From a virus (Duplodnaviria > Caudoviricetes): 39,500 nucleotides of DNA. Of the stretch, positions 26,503 to 36,379 are shown in pieces. How positions within the stretch are numbered: the first letter of the stretch is position 1; every line of letters starts with the position of its first letter. Made by a program: the position numbers and the translations under genes. The notes beneath the pieces were generated by a model. The model saw only the letters and a list, made by a program, of their open reading frames with translations, was not told the origin of the DNA and made no database searches. The stretch is taken from positions 1 to 39,500 of IMG/VR virus record IMGVR_UViG_3300042526_000394. One strand, written 5' to 3'.

Positions 26503-29500
26503 ATGCAGATCCAATTTAAAAATGGCCCATCTTCTGTAATAGAAGCAAACGCAGCAGCTAATGCGTACCTAGCTGGTGAACCAGCCTACGCAAACAACAC
26601 CAATAGTCTATACATTGGTGGGGTTCTACTATCCACAGGTGCTACTTATTATGTCCAGGGCACACAACCCACAGACCCAACTAACCCTGAGACTGCTAAA
26701 GCTTTTTGGTTTGATACAGACGATAACTTTTTATACATCTGGAAGTACGCTGGTGGCACAGGCGCGTGGACTCGTGTTCTAGCTTCAGGGTCAACAGGCC
26801 CTGCCGGACCAACTGGCGCAATAGGCGCAATAGGCGCACAAGGATTACAAGGTATTCAAGGCGTTCGTGGATCTACCTTTTTATCAGGCACAACAGGCCC
26901 AATTTCAACAACTACTGCGATAGATGGGGATTACTTCCTTAATACAACAACACGCTTATTATACGGCCCTAGGGTCACTACAAACGGCGTTGTCAGTTGG
27001 GGCGGCGCAATAGACCTAAAAGGAGAAACCGGGGCACAAGGGCCACAGGGAATTCAGGGTTTAGCTGGTGCTGATGGACCCGCAGGTTCTAAAATTTTCT
27101 ACGGAAACGAAGTACCAACTACTAACTTTCCTAACCCTACAGAGCGTAGGGAAGGTGACTTTTTTATAAATCTAGTCACAGGCAGGCTGTACGGTGGTTA
27201 CACAAATTCACAAGGTTGGGGGGCAGGTGTATCTCTCCTAGGCCCACAAGGTGTAGCAGGCCCACAGGGTAATGCAGGTAGTGCTGGTCTAGAATGGCGC
27301 GGAACATGGTCATCGGGAACAACCTACCCTGAACATTCGGTTGTTCAATATCTAGGCTCTAGCTATGTATCAATAAAAACTACAACCAATATACCGACTA
27401 ACGCCGAGTATTGGGATTTAGTAGCGTCTAAGGGCACAGGAAGCACAGGAAGTGGTGTTGCAAATATAATTGCAAATGAACCATTAGTATGGGATTCAAC
27501 CACAAGCTCACTTACCTTTAGTGTGCCAAATGCAGCTACGGGCAATGTTCTAAAATACAACGGAACAGCATGGGTAGCCGGAACTAGTGATGCAGCTAAA
27601 TCAATACACTCTGGAACAGGTGCTCCAACCTCCACAATAGGGGTAATTGGCGACTTTTACATGCAAATGGCAGGTACAGGTGCTCCAATACTATTTGGGC
27701 CTAAAACAGCACCTGGGTGGGGTTCTGGTGTGTCACTTTTAGGGGCTAGTGGACAAAATGGTATAGCTGGTCCTGCTGGTGCTGATGGCACCGCAGGTAT
27801 GGAGTGGAACGGCACATGGGATCCTACCGTAAACTACTCCAAGGGCGCGGTAGTTTACTACCTAGGATCGGTGTATATTTGTGAAATTAACAACACCTTA
27901 AACATCACGCCGAACACCACTGCTAATTGGGATCTACTAGTTGCTAAGGGTGCACAGGGCGACCCTGCTAATGTGGTTGGAACCGCGCCTGTTGTTATTA
28001 CCTCAAACACAACAGGTACTGCACCTAACACAGTAACAACACTCACTGTGGCACTATCTGCGGGTACTAACACAGGTGATGTTTTAACTTGGAATAACAC
28101 AACTAAATCATGGTCATCAGTTGCACCAAATATACTTTTAGATGGTTTAGATGATGTTGTAATAACAAGTGTTAAGTCTGGTGAGGTTTTAACCTACAAC
28201 GGCACAAAGTGGGTTAACGGCGAAATAACCTTAGACTCACTTTTAGATGTTACAACCACTACGCCTACAAACGGTCAAATTCTATCCTTTAATGGCACTA
28301 TTTGGAAAAATGCAGATACAGTAAGCACCATTAACGCAACTTTACCTTTGTCCTGGGATAAAACTAAATCCACTATTAGCATTACAGCGGGTACAAAAAA
28401 CAATCAGGCTTTGTTATGGGATACTACCTCTTCTTCATGGAAAATAAACTCACTTCCCCCTGCTGATATAACTGCTAATCAACCACTATTCTGGAATTCT
28501 ACAGATAAGACACTTTCGTTTAGTGTTAACGCACAATCGGGTAATGTGTTGATTTATGATGGTGTTAATTGGGTTGCAGGAACACCCTACGACCACTCTA
28601 GACCAACCATACTGTGGGGTGAAGGTGTACCAGAACAGGGTTTTGGAAGATCTGGTGATTTCTACATCGACACTGTAGGACACTATTTGTACGGTCCAAA
28701 GTGTAGCGGTTGTTTAAACAACAAATGGACTACTATTCAAGCTCCTGTAAATTTAGTTGGGCCTGCTGGACCTACAGGTGCTGCTGGAAGTCAGGGAGTT
28801 CAGGGAGTACAAGGTTTAATAGGGCCAATGGGTCCACAAGGAAATTCCACACAAAATCTAATTCGTAAAGTAGATTTTGTTGGGGCTACAATGCCACCAT
28901 CTACAGACTACAACTACCTTGGGAACAACGGCGATTTCTTAATTGTAAACGGCGCATCAAGTGTACGGTGGTACGGACCTAAGGTTAGCGGCGCATGGCC
29001 TTCCACATTTATAGAACTAAAGGGAACCGCTGGTTTACAAGGTTTAAAAGGTGACACAGGCGCACAGGGGGTTCAAGGACCTCAGGCAGGTCAAATTATC
29101 CACAGTGCTGTAGTAAATTCAAATTTATCTATACCGCCCGACCCATCTTCATCTTTAGGTGCTGTAGGTGATTTTCATATTACAGAACTAAACACCTCCT
29201 TAGGTGAATATGTTGGTAGTTTTTTGTTTGGGCCTAAAACCACTAATACGACTGACCCTTGGGGAACTCCTAGAAATTTGCGCGGGCCTTCAGGATCTAT
29301 AGGAAGCACAGGGCCACAGGGACCAGCAGGTGTTTCACCTAATCCAGCTTTATCCGATATAAATGGCGGTTTGTTCAACACAGGCACAACACAAAACCCA
29401 ACACTAGCTGTAAAAACTACCACAGGCACAGGCCTAGTATTAAAAAATATTGGAACATCCACAAGCCCACATTTAGCTTTAGATTTAGGGGCTTTAGGTG

Positions 29501-29586
29501 TGTTTTATTTAGACAGTCTTAATCAATTAAGGCTTAGACCTGTATCTAACAACGCATCCCAAAGAAGGAGCTTTTTTGGCATATGA
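26503..29586 (+). CDS. Tail fibre with collagen-like repeats
   Basis: Several Gly-X-Y runs alternating with repeated GD(F/Y)...L(Y/F)GPK...W modules, WxGTW...Y....VV.YLGS.Y modules and G.VL.(Y/W)NGT.W repeats. Confidence 0.88.
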   Translation: MQIQFKNGPSSVIEANAAANAYLAGEPAYANNTNSLYIGGVLLSTGATYYVQGTQPTDPTNPETAKAFWFDTDDNFLYIWKYAGGTGAWTRVLASGSTGPAGPTGAIGAIGAQGLQGIQGVRGSTFLSGTTGPISTTTAIDGDYFLNTTTRLLYGPRVTTNGVVSWGGAIDLKGETGAQGPQGIQGLAGADGPAGSKIFYGNEVPTTNFPNPTERREGDFFINLVTGRLYGGYTNSQGWGAGVSLLGPQGVAGPQGNAGSAGLEWRGTWSSGTTYPEHSVVQYLGSSYVSIKTTTNIPTNAEYWDLVASKGTGSTGSGVANIIANEPLVWDSTTSSLTFSVPNAATGNVLKYNGTAWVAGTSDAAKSIHSGTGAPTSTIGVIGDFYMQMAGTGAPILFGPKTAPGWGSGVSLLGASGQNGIAGPAGADGTAGMEWNGTWDPTVNYSKGAVVYYLGSVYICEINNTLNITPNTTANWDLLVAKGAQGDPANVVGTAPVVITSNTTGTAPNTVTTLTVALSAGTNTGDVLTWNNTTKSWSSVAPNILLDGLDDVVITSVKSGEVLTYNGTKWVNGEITLDSLLDVTTTTPTNGQILSFNGTIWKNADTVSTINATLPLSWDKTKSTISITAGTKNNQALLWDTTSSSWKINSLPPADITANQPLFWNSTDKTLSFSVNAQSGNVLIYDGVNWVAGTPYDHSRPTILWGEGVPEQGFGRSGDFYIDTVGHYLYGPKCSGCLNNKWTTIQAPVNLVGPAGPTGAAGSQGVQGVQGLIGPMGPQGNSTQNLIRKVDFVGATMPPSTDYNYLGNNGDFLIVNGASSVRWYGPKVSGAWPSTFIELKGTAGLQGLKGDTGAQGVQGPQAGQIIHSAVVNSNLSIPPDPSSSLGAVGDFHITELNTSLGEYVGSFLFGPKTTNTTDPWGTPRNLRGPSGSIGSTGPQGPAGVSPNPALSDINGGLFNTGTTQNPTLAVKTTTGTGLVLKNIGTSTSPHLALDLGALGVFYLDSLNQLRLRPVSNNASQRRSFFGI

Positions 29587-30785
29587 AAACAATAATTTTA
29601 AACAATAAATCTAGGCTATATGTTCAATCACAAGGTGTTGCGTGCAATGTTACGGCAACCACACATTTGATGGAATTTGTAAAAAATTCTAATTTGTACC
29701 CTGGGTCTATAGGAGAAGAAAACTACGAGCGTATTTTCTACAGCCAACCCTCGCAGAACAATGTAAATACTCTTGTTGAGCACACTACAGAAAAGACAAG
29801 AATTGTGCGAGAGATTTACCTATACAACAACGCGCTAACCTCGCAAGTGTATAGCTTAAGAATTCGTAGCTACACAGATTTAACTTTGCCAACAGGAACA
29901 TCAACAGGACAAAAAGATAATCCTGATAACTACAAAGACACATGCCTAATAGACCTTAACTTAGCACCTGAAAAGGTGTGGAGATTATCTGAAGCGTTTC
30001 TACTTAGCTACCCTTCCGTAATTGTTTTAGACAATCAAAATATGGATGAAATATCCATAGTAACCGCACCAACAGGCACACAGACTCTAAACAGTTCAGA
30101 CGCTGTGCATGTGACTGTCTCCCACGGAATTACTGGAGACACTACTTGGGGAATAACGGAGACACTAACACAGAAGGTAATCACAGGCGCAGGTAACACA
30201 TCAATTTACAAGTTACCAACCTCTGCATCACCTAACTCTACAATTATAAAACAAATCTGTCTTTACAACAGCAGTGCAAAAACTATTCGCATAAAATTAG
30301 GTTTTGGGCCTCCTACATCAAGCAATTTACAAGGTTATCTTTTTGACGGCGAATTAGCACCTAACAAGAGTTGGTGGAGTGATGGAAACACTTATCAAAA
30401 AATAGAAGACTACACTAGTGGAACTGGCGGATCTGGAGGATCCGGCAGTAGTGGTTCTATAGCACTAAATCCTGTTTTACCTCTTAACTATCAGTCCACA
30501 GGAAGTGTTTTAAAAATAGCACAAGCTGGTGCAACAGACAGGCAGGTTTTAGGTTGGGATGACACAGCAAAGGAGTGGAGGCCACAGGACAACCTAGAAG
30601 TGTTGACACCTGTTTACCCTCTGGAGTACAATATGAACACATTACAACTCCTATTAGGGCGTAATAATGCTGTAGATGGTCAAGCCCTAGTATGGAACAC
30701 AGCCAACAACAGGTGGCAACCTGGAACATCAGGTGCACCAACTAACGCATCGGCTGGTTTGGTAATAGACGGAGGTAGCTACTAA
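29583..30785 (+). CDS. Tail fibre-associated protein
   Basis: Internal duplication (IVREIYLYN...LAPEKVW / IIKQICLYN...LAPNKSW), GATDRQVLGWD / AVDGQALVWN repeats, terminal IDGGSY. Confidence 0.7.
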   Translation: MKTIILNNKSRLYVQSQGVACNVTATTHLMEFVKNSNLYPGSIGEENYERIFYSQPSQNNVNTLVEHTTEKTRIVREIYLYNNALTSQVYSLRIRSYTDLTLPTGTSTGQKDNPDNYKDTCLIDLNLAPEKVWRLSEAFLLSYPSVIVLDNQNMDEISIVTAPTGTQTLNSSDAVHVTVSHGITGDTTWGITETLTQKVITGAGNTSIYKLPTSASPNSTIIKQICLYNSSAKTIRIKLGFGPPTSSNLQGYLFDGELAPNKSWWSDGNTYQKIEDYTSGTGGSGGSGSSGSIALNPVLPLNYQSTGSVLKIAQAGATDRQVLGWDDTAKEWRPQDNLEVLTPVYPLEYNMNTLQLLLGRNNAVDGQALVWNTANNRWQPGTSGAPTNASAGLVIDGGSY

Positions 30786-31729
30786 TGGCAATTATTAAAG
30801 CACTTAAAATACTGACACAGCCCCAGGGCGCACGGTATAACGCTACACTAAGCACACAACCTGTTATTCAGGTTGGTAATTTAGATACGGTTACTAACGC
30901 ATTCACCGTAGATACTGCGTATGTTGGTACGGTTCTAGTTGTTGAGGGTGCTGGTAATGCTGGTTATAACTTAAGCGGTACACTATCAATACCGTTTGTA
31001 AATGGTGTAGCAACATTTACTAATGTGGGATTTGTACCAGATTCCGCAAATAGCACATTAGATATTACACCTGCGTCTCTATCTTTCGTTACGACTAATT
31101 TAAATGTTGTGTCTTCAATAACATTTTCAATTTCTAACGCTTCTAAGTTAGTTATAACATCATCACCTGTACCAACGACTACGGTATTAAACCGTGTGAT
31201 GCAGATACCTGTAAAAGTGCAATTTAGAGATGCGTCAAACAATGACATACCTTTAGAGGGTATTTCAATTGTAGCAACAGCAGTAGGAGCTACCTTAAGC
31301 GGTACAACGACACTACAAAGCGCCTCTGGTGGTTTTGCAATATTTACACAGTTAACTTTTTCAGGTGGCGCTAATGCAGTAGTGACATTCTCTTCTCAAG
31401 GAATGACACCCGCAACACTTAATTTAAATCTTCAATATTTAGACATAATAAAACCTAGAAGAAGCTTAGTTGCAGGCGATTTTCCTGTTTCTGGAGATTT
31501 AGTACCTTTTGAGATAGCTATTAATATTCCAGATAAGCAGTTATGGGTTGCAGATCAAACGGGAACACCTGTTCTTATTAGTACTAGTGGCGGGGGGAGT
31601 GGATCAGGAACATTTACATCAAGTGCAACAGCACCAACATCACCTGCTCAAGGGGATCGATGGGTTAACACCACAGATGCTGTTTTATACACATACTACC
31701 AAACAGCTTGGGTGCAGTTTAATAATTAA
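30785..31729 (+). CDS. Ig-like domain fibre/adhesion protein
   Basis: Two Ig-like repeats (LKILTQPQ...TQPVIQV...GVATFTNV), the module PFEIAINIPDKQLWV and the C-terminal APTSPAQGDRWVNT module. Confidence 0.7.
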   Translation: MAIIKALKILTQPQGARYNATLSTQPVIQVGNLDTVTNAFTVDTAYVGTVLVVEGAGNAGYNLSGTLSIPFVNGVATFTNVGFVPDSANSTLDITPASLSFVTTNLNVVSSITFSISNASKLVITSSPVPTTTVLNRVMQIPVKVQFRDASNNDIPLEGISIVATAVGATLSGTTTLQSASGGFAIFTQLTFSGGANAVVTFSSQGMTPATLNLNLQYLDIIKPRRSLVAGDFPVSGDLVPFEIAINIPDKQLWVADQTGTPVLISTSGGGSGSGTFTSSATAPTSPAQGDRWVNTTDAVLYTYYQTAWVQFNN

Positions 31730-31740
31730 GGATATTTAAT

Positions 31741-34011
31741 ATGACTTGTTTTTACGATGCTGTATATAAAGACGCTAGAGGTACGCAAGTATCTGATACA
31801 TCTGTAAAAGTTCGTAGTGCCCCAAATAAATCTTTAAATTTTTATATAAGAGGTATAAGTGTTGTTAATATAAGAAGTACAAACTTTCAACAAACTCATC
31901 AAGGTCCAGCACCTACTAACGCTAGCAGTTATGGAATAACAGGAAGCCCAATATCTGGCCACGGCTATAATGACGGAACTTTTGCATTTGCTTTAGGGGG
32001 CGGGCCAGAAGATTCAACTCGATACTTTTTATTTGATTTCATAGAGCTAGACTGCAACGAGGGCAGCACAGACTACACACTAAATTTTAATTCAACCCCA
32101 GCAGGAACATACATTGTAGAGTTTCGAGGGCCATCCACAATATTATTCTTTACCGTTATTGTAGAGCCAACACTTGCATTACAAGGAGATAATTATTGCG
32201 TCAGTGATGCTGGTGCGAGTAGAGCTAACGGATCGTACACTTTAAATAATGGAGTTTACGAAAACTTAGCTGATCCTAATATTACAATAGAATGGGATGC
32301 CTCTAGGTGGGTTATAAAAGAAGGTAATTTTTGGTTATATAGCAACACCACAGGGCAGCAGAGTGCGGTACCTCTTACAGGGTGGACAGCAGCGTATGGC
32401 ACAGGAACACCTACGCTATACCACACAGAGTGCATTGCAAATAATTATTGTGTTTCTGGTGCTGGGGCAAATTGGTTCAATGGAACATATGTTAGAATAA
32501 CCCCATCATCTGGGGCGACAGTAGAGTTTGAAAAAGTTGGACAAACTAATTTAAGAATTGCTCGGTCGAGTGGCGGGGGTTGGCTTATTTATAATAATAT
32601 AAGTGGAGGTGGAAACTCATACTCACATGTTAATTTTGGAAATTCTGCTACTCCCCCACTTACTGGTTGGAATGTGGTAAATAGTAGTCATGCACCAGCC
32701 CCAACAATAGTTTCAGGATCTTGTACATCACCTACACCAACTCCTACACCTACACCAACACCTAGTCCAACTCCAACATCAACACTAAGCCCATGTTTAG
32801 CACCAGCAAACACAAACACAGGCCCATTCTTTTTCCCAACTACAAAAGCAACAAACGACATTTACAGCTTTGCAGGTAGAGCATGGTATTGGAACAGCTA
32901 CGCATGGCACAGGTATTGTATGTCTCCAACACCCACACCTACTCCAACCCCAACACCTACGCCAACGGTCACATCAATTTCACCAACCACAGGCACTACG
33001 GCAGGTGGAACAAGTGTAACAATAACTGGAACTAATTTAACAGGTGCAACTGCTGTAACTATAGGTGGTGTTGCAGTTACTAATCTTGTTGTTGTTAGCT
33101 CAACAAGTATTACAGCAACTACAGCAGCTAAAACTGCTGGAACTGCAAGTGTGTTAGTTACAACTTCAGGTGGTACTAATGCAGCTAACACATTGTTTAC
33201 TTACGAAACTCCGGTAACTTTAATAGACCCTCGTTGCGTTTCTGGTGCAGGTACTTCAGCAGCAAATGGAGTTTATACTTATAATGCAAGCATTGGTTTT
33301 AATTCTGGTGGGTGGGAAAAAGTTGGAAGCCCTACTACATATTTTTATTATGATTACGACAGCGACAGATTTAGGCTCATAAGTGGGAATTCTACTCTTT
33401 ATGGTGGAAATAATTACCAATTGAATCCAATTCTAGCAACTTGGAGTGTTATTTCTGGTGCATCCCCAGCACCAACAATAACTGGCGGTGATTGTACAAC
33501 TGCACCTTTTGTTACATCTGTTAGCCCTACTAGTGGTTCTATTGCTGGCAATAGGTCAATAACAATAACAGGATTTAAATTTACTGGGGCAACTTCTGTT
33601 ACTATTGGGGGTGTTGCTGCAACTAATGTTACTGTGGTTAATGCAACTACCATTACCGCCAAGACTCCGGCCGGAACTACTGGAAATGCAAGCGTTTTAG
33701 TTACCACACCAAATGGTACAAATCCTGCTAATACACTTTACACCTACCTAAATAATGTTTGCGTGGCAGGTGCTGGCACTACAACTTACAACGGCACATA
33801 TGAAATCTTAGATAACGGAAATTATCAAAAAACAGGAAGCCCTTCTATAGCAATTTATTTTGATAGCGAATACAGCGAATGGGTTTTTTATAGTTCTGAT
33901 GTTGGTTATTACGCATCCGGTAGTTCTACTACACTACCTTTAACTGGATGGATTGTTTATGGTAATGGTACTGCCCCTGCACCAACAATTACAGTAGGAG
34001 CATGTAGCTAA
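31741..34011 (+). CDS. Receptor-binding/adhesin-like protein with two IPT/TIG domains
   Basis: PTVTSISPTTGTTAGGTSVTITG-type domain twice, (PT)n linkers, four C-V-x-x-A-G...NGxY...W...PT repeats. Confidence 0.8.
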   Translation: MTCFYDAVYKDARGTQVSDTSVKVRSAPNKSLNFYIRGISVVNIRSTNFQQTHQGPAPTNASSYGITGSPISGHGYNDGTFAFALGGGPEDSTRYFLFDFIELDCNEGSTDYTLNFNSTPAGTYIVEFRGPSTILFFTVIVEPTLALQGDNYCVSDAGASRANGSYTLNNGVYENLADPNITIEWDASRWVIKEGNFWLYSNTTGQQSAVPLTGWTAAYGTGTPTLYHTECIANNYCVSGAGANWFNGTYVRITPSSGATVEFEKVGQTNLRIARSSGGGWLIYNNISGGGNSYSHVNFGNSATPPLTGWNVVNSSHAPAPTIVSGSCTSPTPTPTPTPTPSPTPTSTLSPCLAPANTNTGPFFFPTTKATNDIYSFAGRAWYWNSYAWHRYCMSPTPTPTPTPTPTPTVTSISPTTGTTAGGTSVTITGTNLTGATAVTIGGVAVTNLVVVSSTSITATTAAKTAGTASVLVTTSGGTNAANTLFTYETPVTLIDPRCVSGAGTSAANGVYTYNASIGFNSGGWEKVGSPTTYFYYDYDSDRFRLISGNSTLYGGNNYQLNPILATWSVISGASPAPTITGGDCTTAPFVTSVSPTSGSIAGNRSITITGFKFTGATSVTIGGVAATNVTVVNATTITAKTPAGTTGNASVLVTTPNGTNPANTLYTYLNNVCVAGAGTTTYNGTYEILDNGNYQKTGSPSIAIYFDSEYSEWVFYSSDVGYYASGSSTTLPLTGWIVYGNGTAPAPTITVGACS

Positions 34012-34394
34012 TGTCAAGACCTTGCACATGTAATAATGTAATTCCTAATAGCACTTGGGATAACACACAGTGCCAACTTTGTTGGCATTACCACCATAAC
34101 ACAAGGGTAAGGGCAGCTTGGGATAATGACGAGCCAATACAAGTTCCACCTATGTTAGAACAAGCTAGCTCTTTAATATCCTCTGTTACAAGTTGGGGTT
34201 TCTCAGGGTGCAAAAGAGTACCTTTAGAAGTGCATGAAGATAGGCTTCATATATGTGCAAACTGTGAATTTAAAAAAGACGAAAAATGCGGAGTTTGTGG
34301 CTGTTTTTTAAAACCTAAAACTAGCTGGATTACTGAAAAATGCCCCTTAGGGAAATGGAGCGAATATGACCCCACAAGACTTACCCCCAATTGA
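34011..34394 (+). CDS. Cys-rich putative zinc-binding protein (DUF6171-like)
   Basis: RLHICANC...KCGVCGCFL..K.....KCPLGKW. Confidence 0.72.
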   Translation: MSRPCTCNNVIPNSTWDNTQCQLCWHYHHNTRVRAAWDNDEPIQVPPMLEQASSLISSVTSWGFSGCKRVPLEVHEDRLHICANCEFKKDEKCGVCGCFLKPKTSWITEKCPLGKWSEYDPTRLTPN

Positions 34395-34530
34395 ACTTTT
34401 AGAGGATATTTTACTACCTTTAAAGTGGACTATTGATAGAATATATTGGTGGGGTTTTAAGGACGGTGTGACTATGGGGGGCGTTGCGTTCTTTGTGTTG
34501 TTCCTCTTAACTAACAGGAGAGCATCATGA
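34366..34530 (+). CDS. Small membrane protein (54 aa; not in the ORF track)
   Basis: MTPQDLPP...GGVAFFVLFLLTNRRAS; GGAG RBS at 34357; ATGA overlap with the next gene. Confidence 0.65.
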   Translation: MTPQDLPPIELLEDILLPLKWTIDRIYWWGFKDGVTMGGVAFFVLFLLTNRRAS

Positions 34531-35288
34531 ATAAAGTGATAGGAATGCTAATTTTAGCTGTTGGGCTTATCACAGCCAACGAAGTATATTTTGGACGAAT
34601 GAAGTTTGACCCTATTCCACTGCTTAAGCCAAAAGTAGCACCAACACCAGTACCAATTAAACCAGACGAACCTAAGCCTAAAAGGCCCTGGGGCACAGAC
34701 CTAGAAGGCTCAGTTGAGTCTATTACTCTAGGCGGTTCTATCGCGCCTGACGGTTCAACACCACTACAGATTGACTACCCTTTAACACAGCACATTAGCA
34801 ATATTGGATCTCATGTGGATGGTGCGGGTATGTGTGTAATGTCTTCTATAGAAATGGCAGGCAGATGGCAGAATCTAGAGCAGGTGCGTGGCCTAAGAAA
34901 CTGGTGTGCCAATAAGCCAGGTGGAGGATACCCCTCTAAAGTCGATAAGCAGCTAAAAGAGTACTCTCAGGCACAAAAGATTAGCACACCTGAATATGTG
35001 CAATACGAGGGTAAAGAACTAGACCTGCTTAAACTAGCACTTAAGACAGGTAGGTTCCCTGCTGTGACCTACTCAGGGCGCGATAAAGTGCGATATTCTG
35101 GCACAATCGCCCACATGGTGTGTTTGGCTCACCTAGATGATAAATGGGCTTGCATTTGGGATAATAACGGCACTGCGGGGGAACTAATATGGATGACTCC
35201 AGAAGAATTTAAAACTCGATGGACTAATGATAGTAACGGTTGGGCCTTTGTATGGCTCGCACCACCCCCACCACCTGTACCACACTAG
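34527..35288 (+). CDS. Exported or membrane-anchored papain-like (C39-like) cysteine peptidase
   Basis: N-terminal hydrophobic signal, Pro-rich linker, GAGMCVMSS (Cys), AHMV (His), WDNN (Asp/Asn). Confidence 0.7.
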   Translation: MNKVIGMLILAVGLITANEVYFGRMKFDPIPLLKPKVAPTPVPIKPDEPKPKRPWGTDLEGSVESITLGGSIAPDGSTPLQIDYPLTQHISNIGSHVDGAGMCVMSSIEMAGRWQNLEQVRGLRNWCANKPGGGYPSKVDKQLKEYSQAQKISTPEYVQYEGKELDLLKLALKTGRFPAVTYSGRDKVRYSGTIAHMVCLAHLDDKWACIWDNNGTAGELIWMTPEEFKTRWTNDSNGWAFVWLAPPPPPVPH

Positions 35289-35296
35289 GAGCTAGT

Positions 35297-36040
35297 ATGA
35301 ACTTACTATTTGCTGTTTTCATGTTCTTAGACTTTAGCTGGGTTCCCACTGACGATGCGCGTCAGGTGGCACTATACCAGGACAATCTACAGGTAGGTGT
35401 GTTTAAAGTGCCAGAACGAGTTTACCTAGAGATAGATTCAAAAGGTGAATTTAAAGAATCTACACTGCCTACGCCAGTACCTCAAAAATATTTAGACCTA
35501 TTTCCTACAAAAAAGATTCTTAATTATGGAATTGATTTATCAGAGCTTAAAGGAAAGCCAGAATCCTACTATCACAACGGTAGGGCTATTACTAAAGAAA
35601 GTGCACTTTCACTAATGGGCACACAGGACATACCTGATGACAGTGAGTTTTTAAGACTCACTGTCATTGGGCCTGATGCAATTAGAAAAAGGGTTCGAGA
35701 CGATCTATTTAATGACCCAGCTCTTAGTGATTTTAAAAGTTTTACTGTGGTTCAAGACTATCCCCCTAGTCACTGGGCTGTAGCAGATATTGGATTTGAA
35801 CTTACTGGGGAAGTTGCAATTTATGTGCAATCTCCTGATGGCACAGTTCTACACAAACAAAACGACTACAAGGATGGCGCGGTAGGTTTGGCGGCAGCAC
35901 TAAGGAAGGTAGACCCTAACTATAGGAGAGGGGGTGATCCAGATCTCAGAGGTACTCTTGAAGGATCTCTGTTGGTGTTTGTTATCGTTATAACCCTTGT
36001 TTTGGCTGTATTTTTTTTCAGAAGGAGTGATGAACAATGA
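35297..36040 (+). CDS. Membrane protein with a hydrophobic N-terminus and a C-terminal TM helix
   Basis: Start moved to ATG 35297 after an AGGAG RBS; LLVFVIVITLVLAVFFFRR anchor. Confidence 0.72.
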   Translation: MNLLFAVFMFLDFSWVPTDDARQVALYQDNLQVGVFKVPERVYLEIDSKGEFKESTLPTPVPQKYLDLFPTKKILNYGIDLSELKGKPESYYHNGRAITKESALSLMGTQDIPDDSEFLRLTVIGPDAIRKRVRDDLFNDPALSDFKSFTVVQDYPPSHWAVADIGFELTGEVAIYVQSPDGTVLHKQNDYKDGAVGLAAALRKVDPNYRRGGDPDLRGTLEGSLLVFVIVITLVLAVFFFRRSDEQ

Positions 36041-36222
36041 GCATTTTAACTATTGCGATTGCATTAGCTGGATTTGCAGGTGGTTGGATTGCGCGGGAAA
36101 CTTGTAGGCCTAAAGACCATCCGATCTTAGACGCTGTGCGAAAGCTAATTGCACAAAAGGCTAAAGAATCAAAACAAATCGATGTGGAAGAAGAACTTAA
36201 AAAACTAAAAGGAGGTGTTTAA
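36037..36222 (+). CDS. Small protein with an N-terminal TM helix
   Basis: MSILTIAIALAGFAGGWIAR plus a charged helix; AAGGAG RBS, ATGA overlap. Confidence 0.7.
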   Translation: MSILTIAIALAGFAGGWIARETCRPKDHPILDAVRKLIAQKAKESKQIDVEEELKKLKGGV

Positions 36223-36377
36223 TGTTTGAAGGATACAAAACATATCTTGCGTGCGCTGGGTTAATAGGACTAGCAATATACCAACTCTCAGAAGGTCATG
36301 TTGAACAGGCGTATCAGTCATTTTTAGCAGCACTAGCTGCATATGGACTGCGAAACGCACTAAAGAATGTGGCCTAA
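36222..36377 (+). CDS. Putative holin (51 aa; not in the ORF track)
   Basis: MFEGYKTYLACAGLIGLAIYQLSEGHVEQAYQSFLAALAAYGLRNALKNVA: two short hydrophobic helices with a GYKTY...GLR pattern; AGGAGGT RBS, TAATG coupling. Confidence 0.62.
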   Translation: MFEGYKTYLACAGLIGLAIYQLSEGHVEQAYQSFLAALAAYGLRNALKNVA

Positions 36378-36379
36378 GC

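Noticed and set aside
7844-33707. Many 60-170 aa antisense or alternative-frame ORFs inside structural genes (e.g. 7844-8317, 18665-19189, 32898-33191)
   Set aside because: Shadows of low-complexity Pro/Thr/Gly-rich sense genes; no RBS or motifs of their own
26503-34011. Diversity-generating retroelement or invertible fibre cassette
   Set aside because: No reverse transcriptase or invertase in the window, and no near-identical template/variable repeat pair differing at adenines was noticed; fibre repeats are diverged at the protein level
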